Source of the DNA: Pristiophorus japonicus
Taxonomy: Eukaryota
Length of the DNA stretch: 64,000 nt
Direction of reading: 5' to 3'
Assembly (NCBI RefSeq): GCF_044704955.1
Contig: NC_091982.1
Coordinates: forward strand, 54,312,001 to 54,376,000
A model generated the notes under the pieces. The model did no database searches. It was given only the letters and a program-made list of their open reading frames with translations, and was not told the DNA's origin. Below, one piece after another: positions 1-11,661 of this stretch. Within the stretch, counting starts at the first letter, position 1. Each line of letters begins with the position of its first letter. Both the position numbers and the translations under genes were made by a program.

Positions 1-100
1 TGCACTGGAGTGTCGGCCTCGATTTTTTGTGCTCAATTCTCTGGAGTGGGACTTGAACCCACAACCTTCTGACTCAGGGGCGAGTGTGCTACCCACTGAT
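1..100 (-). mobile_element. tRNA-derived SINE head (Deu-domain/SacSINE1-like)
   Basis: Reverse strand reads tcagtgggtagcacactcgcc...ggttcaagtccc (Pol III A/B-box-like); same family as 30420-30635. Confidence 0.7.
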
Positions 101-699
101 ATAAAGTGCCCTGCTACTGTGCTTTGAGCCTCTGAGTAAAATCCTTATGGCTTCTTATTGCGAAGGCTCGCCATGGCTCAATTCTTCCAGGGTAGGGAGC
201 GGTAGGTTCTCAAATAACAAATTAAATAGCTTATCCATTTGTTCTTCGTCTGCCACAGTAGGCCTGCTGACCCTCCCCTTGGCAGATGTCCAAGGCAGGC
301 CAGAGCGTCAGATTGTACCAGGTGCCCTGAAACTCGACTGAATCCCAGGGACATAAGGCAAGAGGCTGGGGTTAACATCTCCTTCTGCAATGGGTCCACA
401 CCCCTGAGGAAGCCCAAGAAATCCCAGGGCAAAAACTGGTCTCCATCCCTTTCTTCTGACCTTCAGTGCAAGGAAAATGGATGTTCCCTGAGGGCAAAGG
501 TCAGAAAAATCATCCCAAGTATACATCTTCCTGGTGCACAAACGATTTCAATAGTACTTTTCAGTTCAGAACTAAAATCTAGATGACCATAAAACAAGTT
601 GACGAAAAATCAGCTTCACCACCTGTGCAATACTCTGGCAGAGCAGCCCACCCACCGATTGTACAATCTGCCACGAACAGGATGAAAATCAAGCAGATT

Positions 700-1262
700 T
701 AACAGTGTAGGAGGCGCCGTCTTTCAGATGAGACGGTAAACCGATGCTCCGTCTGACCTCTCGGGTGGAAGTAAAAGATTCCATGGCACTATTTCGAAGA
801 AGAGCAGGGCAGTTCTCCCCAAGTGCCCTGGCCAATATTCATCCCTCAACCAGCATAACTAAAATCAGATTATCTGGTTGTAATCTCATTGCTATTTGTG
901 GGAGCTTGCTGTTCTCAAATTGGTTGCCGCGTTCCCTCCATTCCAACATTGACTTGTCTTTAAAAGCACTTCACTGGCTGTGAAGTTCTTCAGGCTGTCC
1001 TTGCTTTGTTCAGGATAAGTCCACCAGACTGTGTTGTAAGCTCAAACTGTTGTGACCTTGGTCTGTTTATTCAGACTCCAGAGTGCCGAAGCAGCATGGT
1101 GAATCACCTTTTATACCTGTTTGCCCCAGGGTGCACAGGTGACCCTTAGGTCTCCCACAGGTGTGCCCCCTCGTAGCAAGTCTTACATATTGCTGAGGTT
1201 TACATACATAAACAGTCCTGGTATCATGAAAAGCGCTGTCGAAATGCTTCTTTCTTTCTTTT
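700..1262 (+). mobile_element. Deu-domain SINE body and tail, interrupted by a solo LTR
   Basis: gggcagttctcccc...cagattatctgg...gggagcttgctg core; tail gaaaagcgct...ctttctttc resumes at 1220. Confidence 0.75.
1002..1214 (-). mobile_element. Solo LTR of the Gypsy family at 35485-39213
   Basis: TG...CA ends, near-colinear with 38999-39213, perfect 5-bp TSD GTCCT (997-1001 and 1215-1219). Confidence 0.9.
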
Positions 1263-3189
1263 TGACTTGTCAACTCTGCAAGTTGTATGACATTTTCTAT
1301 TTAAAAAGCCAAATGTTTTTTTTCTTCTCGACCTGTTGCAAATGGTAGGATTCTGCTGTATTTGTGTGAAAACACTTCTTCCTATGCTCACAAAGCGTTC
1401 TGGAATAAATCATTAATGCAGAGCAGTGAAAAAGTTATTCCTGAGAAAATCAACACTTGGTATGCTAAAGAGGAACCGAGATGGTTTCCCACAACAAATG
1501 CTGTGACGTGCGCTTCAAGAGCGAAAAAAGCAAATATACTTTCGAACATCTGACAGCCGTACTTTTACATCTTGTATATATTACAAATTAAATCATTTAC
1601 TGAGAGCTTCACTCCACTGAGGAAGCAAATTATACTTACTAAATATTTATTGCAATTTGAAAACAAATTGACGGACTAACAGTATTTTATCCTTCTCGTT
1701 AAATTTGAGGCAGTTTTTGTATTATGTGCTGTATTTCAATGGCTCTTTGTTTTAAATCTATCAACAGTGTTTAGCCATGGGACATTAATATTCCTTGGGG
1801 GATAAATTCGGTCGTGCCTCAGTTGGGGCGGTGTCCTGGACGGAGCAGTAAATTTTGCAGCGAGAAATGGTTTGCATCTGCTGCCGCAAAATTCATCAGC
1901 CGGGCCCGGAGTTTGGAGCAGGGCGCTAAGGGAAGCATTGCACACCTCTTTTCGGGTGCTAGGTCGGCTGAACAGGGAACATCCTGAGCTAAACAGCCAG
2001 GCTCGGAGCGCCATAACAGAGGCCTGTAGAGAAAAGAAAACTGAGCAAAATAACAGTAACATTCCCAATACATAGCTCACGCCACCACCACAAAAATCGC
2101 AAAATAATGTTTTTTTTTTTAAACAATCACATCTGCCTGAGGTCGGCATCACTGTTTGGAATGCCTGCTTTCACAGGCGGTCCCACCAGGAGGCGCTACG
2201 GAACGCTAAGGGTCGGGCAGCAACCATAAATCGAGCTGGTGTCGCGACCAGGGGCATTGCACACCGGCTCACCACTTCTGGGCGATAATGCTCCGCGCCC
2301 CATCAATACTGGCACCAAATGTCCTGACGGGACGCTGGAAGCTAGCCGCCCGGGCGCAAGTGCTTTCCGCTGCCATTGCCGCCCCACCAGGGCACTAAGA
2401 TGTAGCATACAAATCACTGACTCCACATGGTCTGGTGTTAATCTAACTGATGTGATCTTCGTCCTTTATTAAACAGCTCCAGATTGACTCTCAGGTGTGG
2501 AGGACAGCCTTTTATACTGCCACTTGCAGCTACTTTCAGGTCTCCCACCACAGCGCCCTCTGTGGTGTACCATTGTGCTTATTATACATTTAAGGTACCA
2601 GGATGATACACACATCAATACACAACATCTCACTTCCCCCCCCAGGATGCAGGACGATACACACATCGATACATAACATCTCACTACCCCACCCAGTCTC
2701 GAAGCCGTTGCCCAACGGAAGGCAGGTAGGCATAGACAGTGCGTTTGTATGGTACATGTTATCTGGTACAGATGTTGTGTCAACGGGTTGCGGGTACACT
2801 GAGCAGTTATATTAAATAGTTATTAACTGGTAACGGATCCCTGATTTCCTTATTAGCTCTTATCATTAATTGTACTTCGTATCCATTATTTTACACAAAC
2901 ACAGTGACCATTCAGCATTAAAATATTAATTCTTACTGTAAATCCGTCATCTCACATTAACATAGCTCATTTTAGACTCGCTCTTGCCTTACAGAAGTCA
3001 CTTTGTGGGGTCCACCACGTGGTAAGGCCCTTTTAAGACTCCCGGGTGCATTTCCTTTTTAGGCACCATCTTTGATGCAGCAAGATTCCACGAGGCTTCT
3101 CCTTGGACGCTGCCATCTTTGATGCTCCGCTGCTCTGGACACGAGGCCGCCGACATCTTGCTCTCCGCCGCTCCGGATGCCCTTGGCCG

Positions 3190-3400
3190 CCGCAGCCTCC
3201 GCTCCCCTCCGCTGCCACCTGACTTGCCGCCTCCCCTGTGGCCGTCATCGTCGCTTCTCTGGCGGCCACGATAGCCGTCTCCCCTGCGGCCGTCGTGGCC
3301 TCTCCAGCCACCGCACTTGCTGCCTCCCCTGCGGCCTCCGTAGCGGCCTCCTCTGCGGCCGCCGTGGCCCCGACCTCCAGCTGCTGCCGCCGCCCGACTC
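3190..3400 (-). repeat. Degenerate ~24-nt GC-rich tandem repeat (Ala/Thr/Glu-rich ATTAAGEA-like peptide in one frame)
   Basis: Repeated cctcccctgcggccgtcgtgg-like units. Confidence 0.7.
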
Positions 3401-3497
3401 TCCCTCTGCGTGGGCCCTTCCGATCCGCCGGCCATCCTGAATCCCTCGCACCCCACCCGCAGTGCCCCGCCGGCTCACCGCCCCCCCCCACCCCCCA

Positions 3498-4892
3498 CTA
3501 GGCCCACCTCTGCAGGGCTGCTTGCCTGTGGGGGTTGAGGCTGCAGGATCTCTGTGTGAGGTCCGGGACTGGGGCTTGCCTGTGGGTGGATTGAGGCTGC
3601 AGCTCCAGCTCGGTCGGCGCTGCTCTCTGGGGACCCGGGGCACGGCAGCATCCCGGGGAGCAGCAGCCTGTGGAGTGGTGAAGTCTCCCATGGACCGTCC
3701 CCATCCACCTCCGGCTGAGGAGCGTCGGCCCATCACCTGCAATGACCCACAAAGGTAAACCGTGCGTCTCGTCTCCATGGGATACCTGCACCATCGCTCT
3801 GTCAAGAACAGATATCAGTTCCCTGGTGTAGTTACGCAGCTTCGCCGTGACTGGGACCAGCTTGGGTCGTGCAGCTGGATTAATCCACAGTTTATCAAAA
3901 GTTCTCTGACTCAACAATGATCGATCCGAGCCTGTGTCCACTTCCATACTCACAGGGACTCCATTGATTTTTACTTCCATTATCACTGGGGGCGAATCGT
4001 CAGTACACGTGTACAGTCCCAACACGTCATCATCTTCTGCCTGCTCCTCGCTGAACAGTGGGTCATCCCTCATCTCCTCAGCCACATGGTGAGTCTGATT
4101 TATTTTACACATACGCTGAAGGTGGCCTTTCAGATGGCAGGTATTGCACGTGTACTCCGCAAACCTGCACTGGTGAGCCCCATGGCTTCCTCCGCAGTGC
4201 CAGCATGGTGCTGCTTGATTGGCCCCCCTCAGCGGACTCTGAGTTCCAGGACCCCGAGGTCCGTGCTCTCTGTCCCGGGCAGAGCCGCGTTCTGCAGTTT
4301 TGTCCGTGGTGGGCGCTATCCTGTGGACGGTGCCTGCCGGGTTCGAGACTGTGTGGATCATTTGTTTGGTGCTCCAAGTCGAGGTCATATATGCCCAGCT
4401 GATGGTGATGGCCTTTGTCAGGGTGACTATGGGTTCCGTGGCTAGCAGCTTGTGAAGGAGGCCCTCATGGCCAATCCCCATGACGAAAACATCCCGCAAC
4501 GCCTTGTCAAGGTGTGCGCCAAAATCACATGGCGCCGCGAGTCTCCTGAGGTCCGCAGCATATTTGGTGACATCCTGGCCCTCGGGTCTGCAGTGATGGT
4601 AAAATTTGTATCTGGCCATGAGGATGCTTTCCTTCGCTTTCAACTGGTCACGAATGAGTTCAGTCAGCTCCTCGTATGACCTGTCCCTGGCGCTCCCGGG
4701 TGCCAGCAAATCCCTGACGAGACAGTAAATCTTATCGCCACAACTGGAGAGCAATATCGCCTTACTCTTCTCTTTCAGTGCATTCATATCCTCCGTCAGA
4801 TCGTTTGCTGTGAAGTAGTACTTGAGCCTTTCCGTAAAGGCCTCCCAATCATTGCCCACGGTAAAATCCTTTAGCGAGCCCAGAGTAGCCAT
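3498..4892 (-). CDS. gag: Gag-protease polyprotein (MATLGSLKDF...)
   Basis: Open frame with Mag-type Gag, zinc knuckles CWHCGGSH..C and CNTCHLKGHLQRMC, aspartic protease MEVDTGS. Confidence 0.85.
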   Translation of the reverse strand: MATLGSLKDFTVGNDWEAFTERLKYYFTANDLTEDMNALKEKSKAILLSSCGDKIYCLVRDLLAPGSARDRSYEELTELIRDQLKAKESILMARYKFYHHCRPEGQDVTKYAADLRRLAAPCDFGAHLDKALRDVFVMGIGHEGLLHKLLATEPIVTLTKAITISWAYMTSTWSTKQMIHTVSNPAGTVHRIAPTTDKTAERGSARDREHGPRGPGTQSPLRGANQAAPCWHCGGSHGAHQCRFAEYTCNTCHLKGHLQRMCKINQTHHVAEEMRDDPLFSEEQAEDDDVLGLYTCTDDSPPVIMEVKINGVPVSMEVDTGSDRSLLSQRTFDKLWINPAARPKLVPVTAKLRNYTRELISVLDRAMVQVSHGDETHGLPLWVIAGDGPTLLSRRWMGTVHGRLHHSTGCCSPGCCRAPGPQRAAPTELELQPQSTHRQAPVPDLTQRSCSLNPHRQAALQRWA

Positions 4893-5417
4893 GGTTGCGT
4901 GGAATTCGTCCGCTTTCTTGTCGCCAATGTGGTGTATGTAGCACACAAATCACTGACTCCACACGGTCTGGTGTTAATCTAACTGCTGTGACCTTTATTG
5001 AACAGCTCCAGGGTGACTCTCAGGTATGGTGGTCAGCCTTTTATACTGCCTGTTGCAGGTACTTTCAGGTCTCCCACCACAGCGCCCTCTGTGGTATACC
5101 ATTGTGCTTATTATACATTTAAGGTACCAGGACGATACACACATCAATACATAACAAAGATGAGCGGCAGAAGACTGAATTTCCACCCGCCTTGATTAGC
5201 TGCCTTTTAAATTTGATTAATTTTCACTGTATATTGTGGAGAAAGTAGGGAAGAGATCACCATAGAACAGAGAAGGTTAAGGGAAGATTTAATAGAGGTG
5301 TTCAAAATGATGAGGGGTTCTGATGGAGTAAATCATGATAAATAGTTCCCACTAGCAAAAGGGTTGGTAACCAGAGGACACAATTTTATGAAAATTGCCA
5401 AATGAATCAGAGGTAAG

Positions 5418-8400
5418 ATAGAAACATAGAAATCAACAGCGCAGAAGGAGGCCATTTCGGCCCAGCATGTCCACGCCGGCCGACAAAGAGCCACACGGCC
5501 CTTGGTCAGCAGCCCTGAAGGTCACATATAAACCTATGAACAATGAACAGTGACGGAAAGGTAAAGAGCACCCAGCCCAACCAGTCCACCCCACACAACT
5601 ATGACACTCCTTGCACCGAAACATTCTACACTCCACCCCAACCAGAGCCACGTGATCTCCTGGGAGAGGCAAAAACCAGATAAAAACCCAGGCCAATTGG
5701 GGGAAAAATATCTGGAAAATTCCTCTCCAACCCATCCAGGTGATCGAAACTAGTCCAGGAGATCACCCTGGCAGTATCCGATTTCCTGCAGTACTTACCA
5801 TTGTATTTGCGCCAGCCAACAAGAGGTTATCCAGTCTAATCCCACTTACCAGCTCTAAGTCTGTAACCCTGCAGGTTACGGCACTTCAAGTGCCCATCCA
5901 AGCACCTTTTAAATGTGGTGAGGGTTTCTGCATCCACCACCCTTCCAGACAGTGAGTTCCAGACCCCCACAACCCTCTGCATGAAGAAGCCTCCCCTCAA
6001 ATCCCTGCTGAAAGTTCCACCAACCACCTTAAAACTATGCCCCCTCGTAATTGACCCCTCCACCAAGGGAACTCAACATCCAGCAGTATTCAACATTTAG
6101 GAAGGATAGACAGAAAGGAAAAGGAGGTGGGGTGGCGTTGCTGGATAAAGAGGAAATTAATGCAATAGTAAGAAAGGACATTAGCTTGGATGATGTGGAA
6201 TCGGTATGGGTGGAGCTACGGAATACCAAAGGGCAGAAAACGCTAGTGGGAGTTTTGTACAGACCACCAAACAGTAGTAGTGAGGTTGGGGACAGCACCA
6301 AACAAGAAATTAGGGATGCTTGCAATAAAGGTACAGCAGTTATCATGGCCGACTTTAATCTACATATTGATTGGGCTAACCAAACTGGTAGCAATGCGGT
6401 GGAGGAGGATTTCCTGGAGTATATTGGGGATGCTTTTCTCGACCAATATGTCGAGGAACTAACTAGAGAGCTGGCCATCCTAGACTGGGTGATGTGTAAT
6501 GTGAAAGGACTAATTAGCAATCTTGTTGTGTGAGGCCCCTTGGGGAAGAGTGACCAGAATATGGTAGAATTCTTCATTAAGATGGAAAGTGACAGTTAAT
6601 TCAGAGACTAGGGTCCTGAACTTAAGGAAAGGTAACTTCGATGATATGAGACGTGAATTGGCTAGAATAGACTGGTGAGTGATACTTAAAGGGTTCACGG
6701 TGGATAGGCAATGGCAAACATTTAAAGATCACATGGATGAACTTTAACAATTGTACATCCCTGTCTGGAGTAAAAATAAAATGGGGAAGGTGGCTCAACC
6801 GTGGCTAACAAGGGAAATTAAGGATAGTGTTAAATCCAAGGAAGAGGCATATAAATTGGCCAGAAAAAGCAGCAAACCTAAGGACTGGGAGAATTTTGTA
6901 ATACAGCAGAGGAGGATAAAGGATTTAATTAGGAGGGGGAAAATAAAGTATGAGAGGAAGCTTGCTGGGAACATAAAAACTGACTGCAAAAGCTTCTAGA
7001 GATATGTGAAAAGAAAAAGATTAGTGAAAACAAATGTAGGTTCCTTGCAGTCAGATTCAGGTGAATTTATAATGGGGAACAAAGAAATGGCGGACCAGTT
7101 AAACAAGTACTTTGGTTATGTCTTCACAAAGGAAAAAACAAATAACCTTCCGGAAATACTAGGGGACCAAGGGTTTAGTGAGAAGGAGGAACTGAAGGAA
7201 ATCCTTATTAGGCAGGAAATTGTGTTGGGGAAATTGATGGGATTGAAGGCCGATAAATCCCCGGGGCCTGATTGTCTGCATCCCAGAGTAATTAAGGAAG
7301 TAGCCCTAGAAATAGTGGATGCATTGGTGATCATTTTCCAACAGTCTATCGTCTGGATCGGTTCCTATGGACTGGAGGGTAGTTAATGTAACACTGCTTT
7401 TTAAGAAAGGAGGGGAGAGAAAATGGATAATTATAGACCGGTTAGCTTGACATCAGTAGTGGGGAAAATGTTGGAATCAATTATTAAGGATGAAATAGCA
7501 GCGCATTTGGAAAGCAGTGACAGGATCAGCCCAATTCAGCATTGATTTATGAAAGGGAAATCCTGTTTGACAAATCTTCGAGAATTTTTTGAGGATGTAA
7601 CTGGTAGAGTGGACAAGGGAGAACCAGTGGATATGGTGTATTTGGACTTTCTAAAGGCTTTTGACAAGGTTCCACACAAGATATTGGTGTGCAAAATTAA
7701 ATCACATGGTATTGGGGGTAATGTATTGACGTGGATAGAGAACTGGTCAGCAGAGAGGAAGCAAAGAGTCGGGATAAACGGGTCCTTTTCAGAATGGCAG
7801 GCAGTGACTAGTGGGGTACCGCAGGGCTCAGTGCTGAGACCCCAGCTGTTTACAATATACATTAATGATTTGGATGAGGGAATTGAGTGTAATATCTCCA
7901 AGTTTGCAGATGACACTAAGCTGAGTGGCAGTGTGAGCTGTGAGGAGGAAGCTAAAAGGCTGCAGGGTGACTTGGACAGGTTAGGTGAGTGGGCAAATGC
8001 GCGGTAAATGCAGTATAATGTGGATTAATGTGAGGTTATCCACTTTGGTGGCAAAAACACAAAGGCAGAATATTATCTGAATGGCGGCAGATTAGGAAAA
8101 GGGGAGGTGCAGTGAGATCTGGGTGTCATTGTACATCAGTCATTGAAAGTTGGCATGCAGGTTCAGAAGGCAAATGGTATGTTGGCCTTCATAGCTAGGG
8201 GATTTGAGTATAGGAGCAGGGAGGTCTTACTGCAGTTGTACAGGGCCTTAGTGAGGTCTCACCTGGAATATTGTGTTCAGTTTTGGTCTCCTAATCTGAG
8301 GAAGGACGTTCTTGCTATTGAGGGAGTGCAGCGAAGGTTCACCAGACTGATTCCCGGGATGGCAGGACTGACATATGAGGAGAGACTGGATCGACTGGGC

Positions 8401-9294
8401 CTGTATTCACTGGAGTTTAGAAGGATGAGAGGGAATCTCATAAAAACATATAAAATTCTGACGGGACTGGACAGGTTAGATGGAGGAATAACGTTCCCGA
8501 TGTTGGGGAAGTCAACAACCAGGGGCCATAGTCTAAGGATAACGGCAAACCATTTAGGATTGAGATGAGGAGAAACTTCTTCACTCAGAGTTGTTAACCT
8601 GTGGAATTCACTACCGCAGATGCCAGTTCACTGGATATATTCAAGGGGGAGTTAGATATGGCCCTTACAGCTAAAGGGATCAAGGGGTGTGGAGAGAAAG
8701 CAGGAAAGGGGTACTGAGGTAAATGATCAGCCATGATCTTATTGAATGGCGGTGCAGGCTCAAAGGGCCGAATGGTCTACTCCTGCACCTCTTTTTTATG
8801 TTTCTATGTTTCTATGAAATCAGCCCTTGCTATCCATTATATCCAGGCTCCTCAAAATTTTGTACACTTCAATGAGGTCTCCTCTCAGCCTCCTCTGTTC
8901 CAATGAGAATATACCCAGCCTATCCAATCTGTTCTCGTAGCTAAGATTCTCCATTCCAGGCAGTATCCCAGTAAATCTCCTCTGCACCCTCTTCAGTGCA
9001 ATCATGTCCTTCCTATCATACGGTGACATGAACTGCACGCAGTACTCCAGTGGTGGCCTAACCAGAGTATTATACAATTTAAGCATAAGTTCCCTGCTCT
9101 TTTATTCTATGCCTCGGACAATAAAGGCAAGCATTCCGTATGCCTTCTTAACCACCTTATCCATCTGGTTTGCTACTTTCAGGGATCTGTGAACAAGCAC
9201 TCCAAGGTCGCTACACTCTTAAGTGACCTACCGCTTAATGTGTATATCCTTTCCTTATTAGTCCTCACAAAGTGCATCACCTCACATTTCTCCG
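5418..9294 (-). mobile_element. CR1 3' part (5418-6070 and 8817-9294), split by a plus-strand CR1
   Basis: Tail atagaaacatagaaa; RT C-terminal ORFs 5836-6066 and 8820-9086 join across the insert. Confidence 0.8.
6071..8816 (+). mobile_element. 5'-truncated CR1 LINE, ORF2 (APE-RT) with stops and frameshifts
   Basis: APE motifs RKDRQKGKGGGVAL and DFN; RT motifs [31 protein letters not shown]; tail (tttctatg)n. Confidence 0.95.
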
Positions 9295-9784
9295 AAGACG
9301 AGGTTTTTTTTTTACGCAATGTGTTGTGATGATCTGGAAGTACGACCTGAAAGAGCGTTGGAGGCAGATTCAATAGTAACTTTCAAAAGGGAATTGGATA
9401 TACACTTGAAAAAGAAACATTTGCAAAGCTATGGGGAAAGAACGGGGGAGTGAGACTAATTGGATAGTATTTTCAAAGACCGGCACAGGCACTATGGGCC
9501 CCTTCTGTGCTGTATCATTCTATGATTCTGTGATGATTTTATCTGTCGGTACAGAGCAGGAACCATCACAACTTGAATCACTAAATTCTGAGTCACTGTT
9601 TCAAAAAATGCTGGAAACATTTTAAATTGTTGAGAAGGAAACAATGATTTTGACTGTGGTTCCACTCTCAGCAGTGATTGCAAAGACATATTTAAACAGT
9701 GCTTTAAACTTTTCTTTCATTTGTATGATAAAAATTCTGCTCAAAAATTGTATTTTGAAAACTTTACTTCAAAAAGGAATAATA

Positions 9785-9995
9785 TTCAGATTGGACTAGT
9801 AACTCATAGGCCATGAATTCCAAGCCCACCATGATAAATTGTGAAAGTGAATTCAAGAAATCTGGTCATTTGTGGTCTAGTGATAGAATATTTATCAGGA
9901 AATTGCTTAACTCTCATGGTTCCCTAATTTCCTTTCTCCAATTACTCTACTCCCACAGTACATGATTGACTCTGTATACCCTCTGAAATGGCCTA
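9785..9995 (+). mobile_element. Degenerate tRNA-related SINE
   Basis: Similar to 20470-20700 and, on the minus strand, 35065-35360. Confidence 0.45.
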
Positions 9996-10099
9996 AATAT
10001 TCTCTTTGTTGTAAATAATTGCAACTAAGTTCAATAATAAGGACAGAAGTATCCTCTCAGTCCTGACTTGTCGATCACTATCCCTGGAAATATCTTGTC

Positions 10100-10690
10100 T
10101 CATCAACAGGATAGGCCCACCTGAGGTGGGGGCTCAGTGGTAGACAATTGCGTGGACGTGACCCTGGGAGTCCTCAACATTGACTCTGGACCCCATGGTT
10201 TCTGATGGCCTTGGAAACCTCCTGCTGATCACCACCTCAACTATCAAGTTAGGACTCCATGTTGAACACCACTAAGAGGAAGCAATGCGTGATGCAAGGG
10301 TATAAAAGCTCTTGAATTCCCTCCTAAATCTCTCTGCCTCTCCATCTCTCTTTCCTCCTTTAAGCTGCTCCATAAAACCTACCTCTTTGATCAAGCTTTT
10401 ACAACATCAATAACTACAATATACATTTATATAGCTCCTTCAATGTAGTAAAACATCCTCAGGCACTTATCCTAATTTATGTGGCTCGGTGTCAAATGTT
10501 GTCTGATAAAGCCTCTGTGAAGCACCTTGGGACATTTCACTACATTAATGGTGCTATATAAATGCAAGTTGTTGTTGCAGAATGTACTCTCAGTTGGGGA
10601 CTTCAATGATCACCATCAAGAGTAGTTGGGTTGTAGCACCACTGGACAAAGCCTGAAGGTCTCAGCTGTCAGACTGCAACTATTTCAGGT
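10100..10690 (+). mobile_element. LINE endonuclease fragment (RTEX-like) with an L2-type 3' end nested at 10305-10578
   Basis: ccctgggagtcctcaacattgac and ggggacttcaatg (GDFN); L2 tail gctatataaatgcaagttgttg. Confidence 0.5.
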
Positions 10691-10799
10691 TATGTGGGAA
10701 ATAAAATGAGGATTAAGTGGTTTGATATCATCCTCCCCAACTTACCTATCATGGACACATTTGTCCACAACAGCATCGGTAGGTGTAAGCAACCTTTTG

Positions 10800-11615
10800 A
10801 AGATCTAGTGTCCAGATAAGACCCGTTACCGCCGTTTTGAGGTGGCCATGCGGCGGAATTGAGTGATCGCCACGTTGCAGTCGATTGGCCACATCGATCC
10901 AAATTCATTTCGGGAATTTTTCAGCCGGTCCCCAACTTCCGCCCCGCTGCTGTCGACTGCTGCAAGCACATCATCAAAGTACACACCACCGATCTCCCAC
11001 ACCTCCATCCCACTCCGCGTGGAATTTATCTGAAAAAATCCACGACCTGCCACACGGTGCCCCCGACTGCATTTTCTGTCAATGCACCTTCTTTTGTGCG
11101 TGTGAGCCATGGCAGCTCGGCTGTCCTTCAAGGGGAAGGCGCACTGCCGCGACCTCCATGTTTTTTTTTGCTGGTCAACTTCCCGATCGGCCGGACAATT
11201 ATGGCCCCGGGTTCGGCCGGGCCGCCAACAGGCAACCTGGCACCCCCTCTTGGATGCCAGGCCGCTGGTCTGGCCAAAACCCTCCCTGATGGCTCAGTGG
11301 CCGAACCTAAAAAAATTGCTGCTCTCTCCCCTTTAAGTGAGGGGAGAGACGTGGTGACGCAGACACGCAATGATGTCATCACCGCTCCACTACTGACTGA
11401 CAGCGGCAGAGACTCAGTCCCGGCCCCACTTCCGCCCCTCACCAGCACTTACCGCTGTAATTCTGCCCCTATTATGACCGACTTCCGGTCTGCTCGGAAA
11501 AAAAGTACAAAGACCTGAATATCGATCAAGAGTCGACCCCTTCTGAGACGACGGTAAAAACACTTAAAAAAATCGTAACTGTGGCAACTTTCTGGCGGGA
11601 CTGAATTTCAACTCC
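10800..11615. mobile_element. Harbinger-like MITE, left end unclear
   Basis: GC-rich body ending ctgaatttcaactc, resembling the terminus at 5175-5188. Confidence 0.45.
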
Positions 11616-11661
11616 CTAGTGTTGTTTGCTCAGTGAGGACTCTCTACCTTGTGCAATAACA

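Larger units (their letters stand above)
2401..5156 (-). mobile_element. Non-autonomous Mag-like Gypsy LTR element (gag-protease only)
   Basis: LTRs 4928-5156 and 2401-2627, PBS TGGCGAC (4909-4926, minus), PPT at 2628-2643, probable TSD AAGAT; no RT, RNase H or integrase. Confidence 0.9.
1797..5188. mobile_element. PIF/Harbinger-like MITE split by the Gypsy element at 2401-5156
   Basis: Imperfect terminal inverted repeats ggggataaattcgg / ctgaatttccaccc; GC-rich body 1797-2400. Confidence 0.55.
5260..9535 (+). mobile_element. Old CR1 3' fragment (5260-5417 and 9295-9535) hosting nested CR1s
   Basis: EQRRLREDLIEVFK coding remnant continues after 9295 to a (ttctatga)n-like tail. Confidence 0.6.

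Noticed and set aside
1-100. tRNA genes here and at 20470 and 30560
   Set aside because: A/B boxes run into SINE bodies; no complete cloverleaf
3498-4892. Domesticated gag gene (Arc/PEG10-like)
   Set aside because: Still flanked by similar LTRs, PBS, PPT and a probable TSD, so it behaves as a transposon copy
10859-11518. 219-aa ORF as a host gene or transposase
   Set aside because: Lies in a GC-rich MITE-like body, has no recognisable motifs and overlaps several equally featureless ORFs
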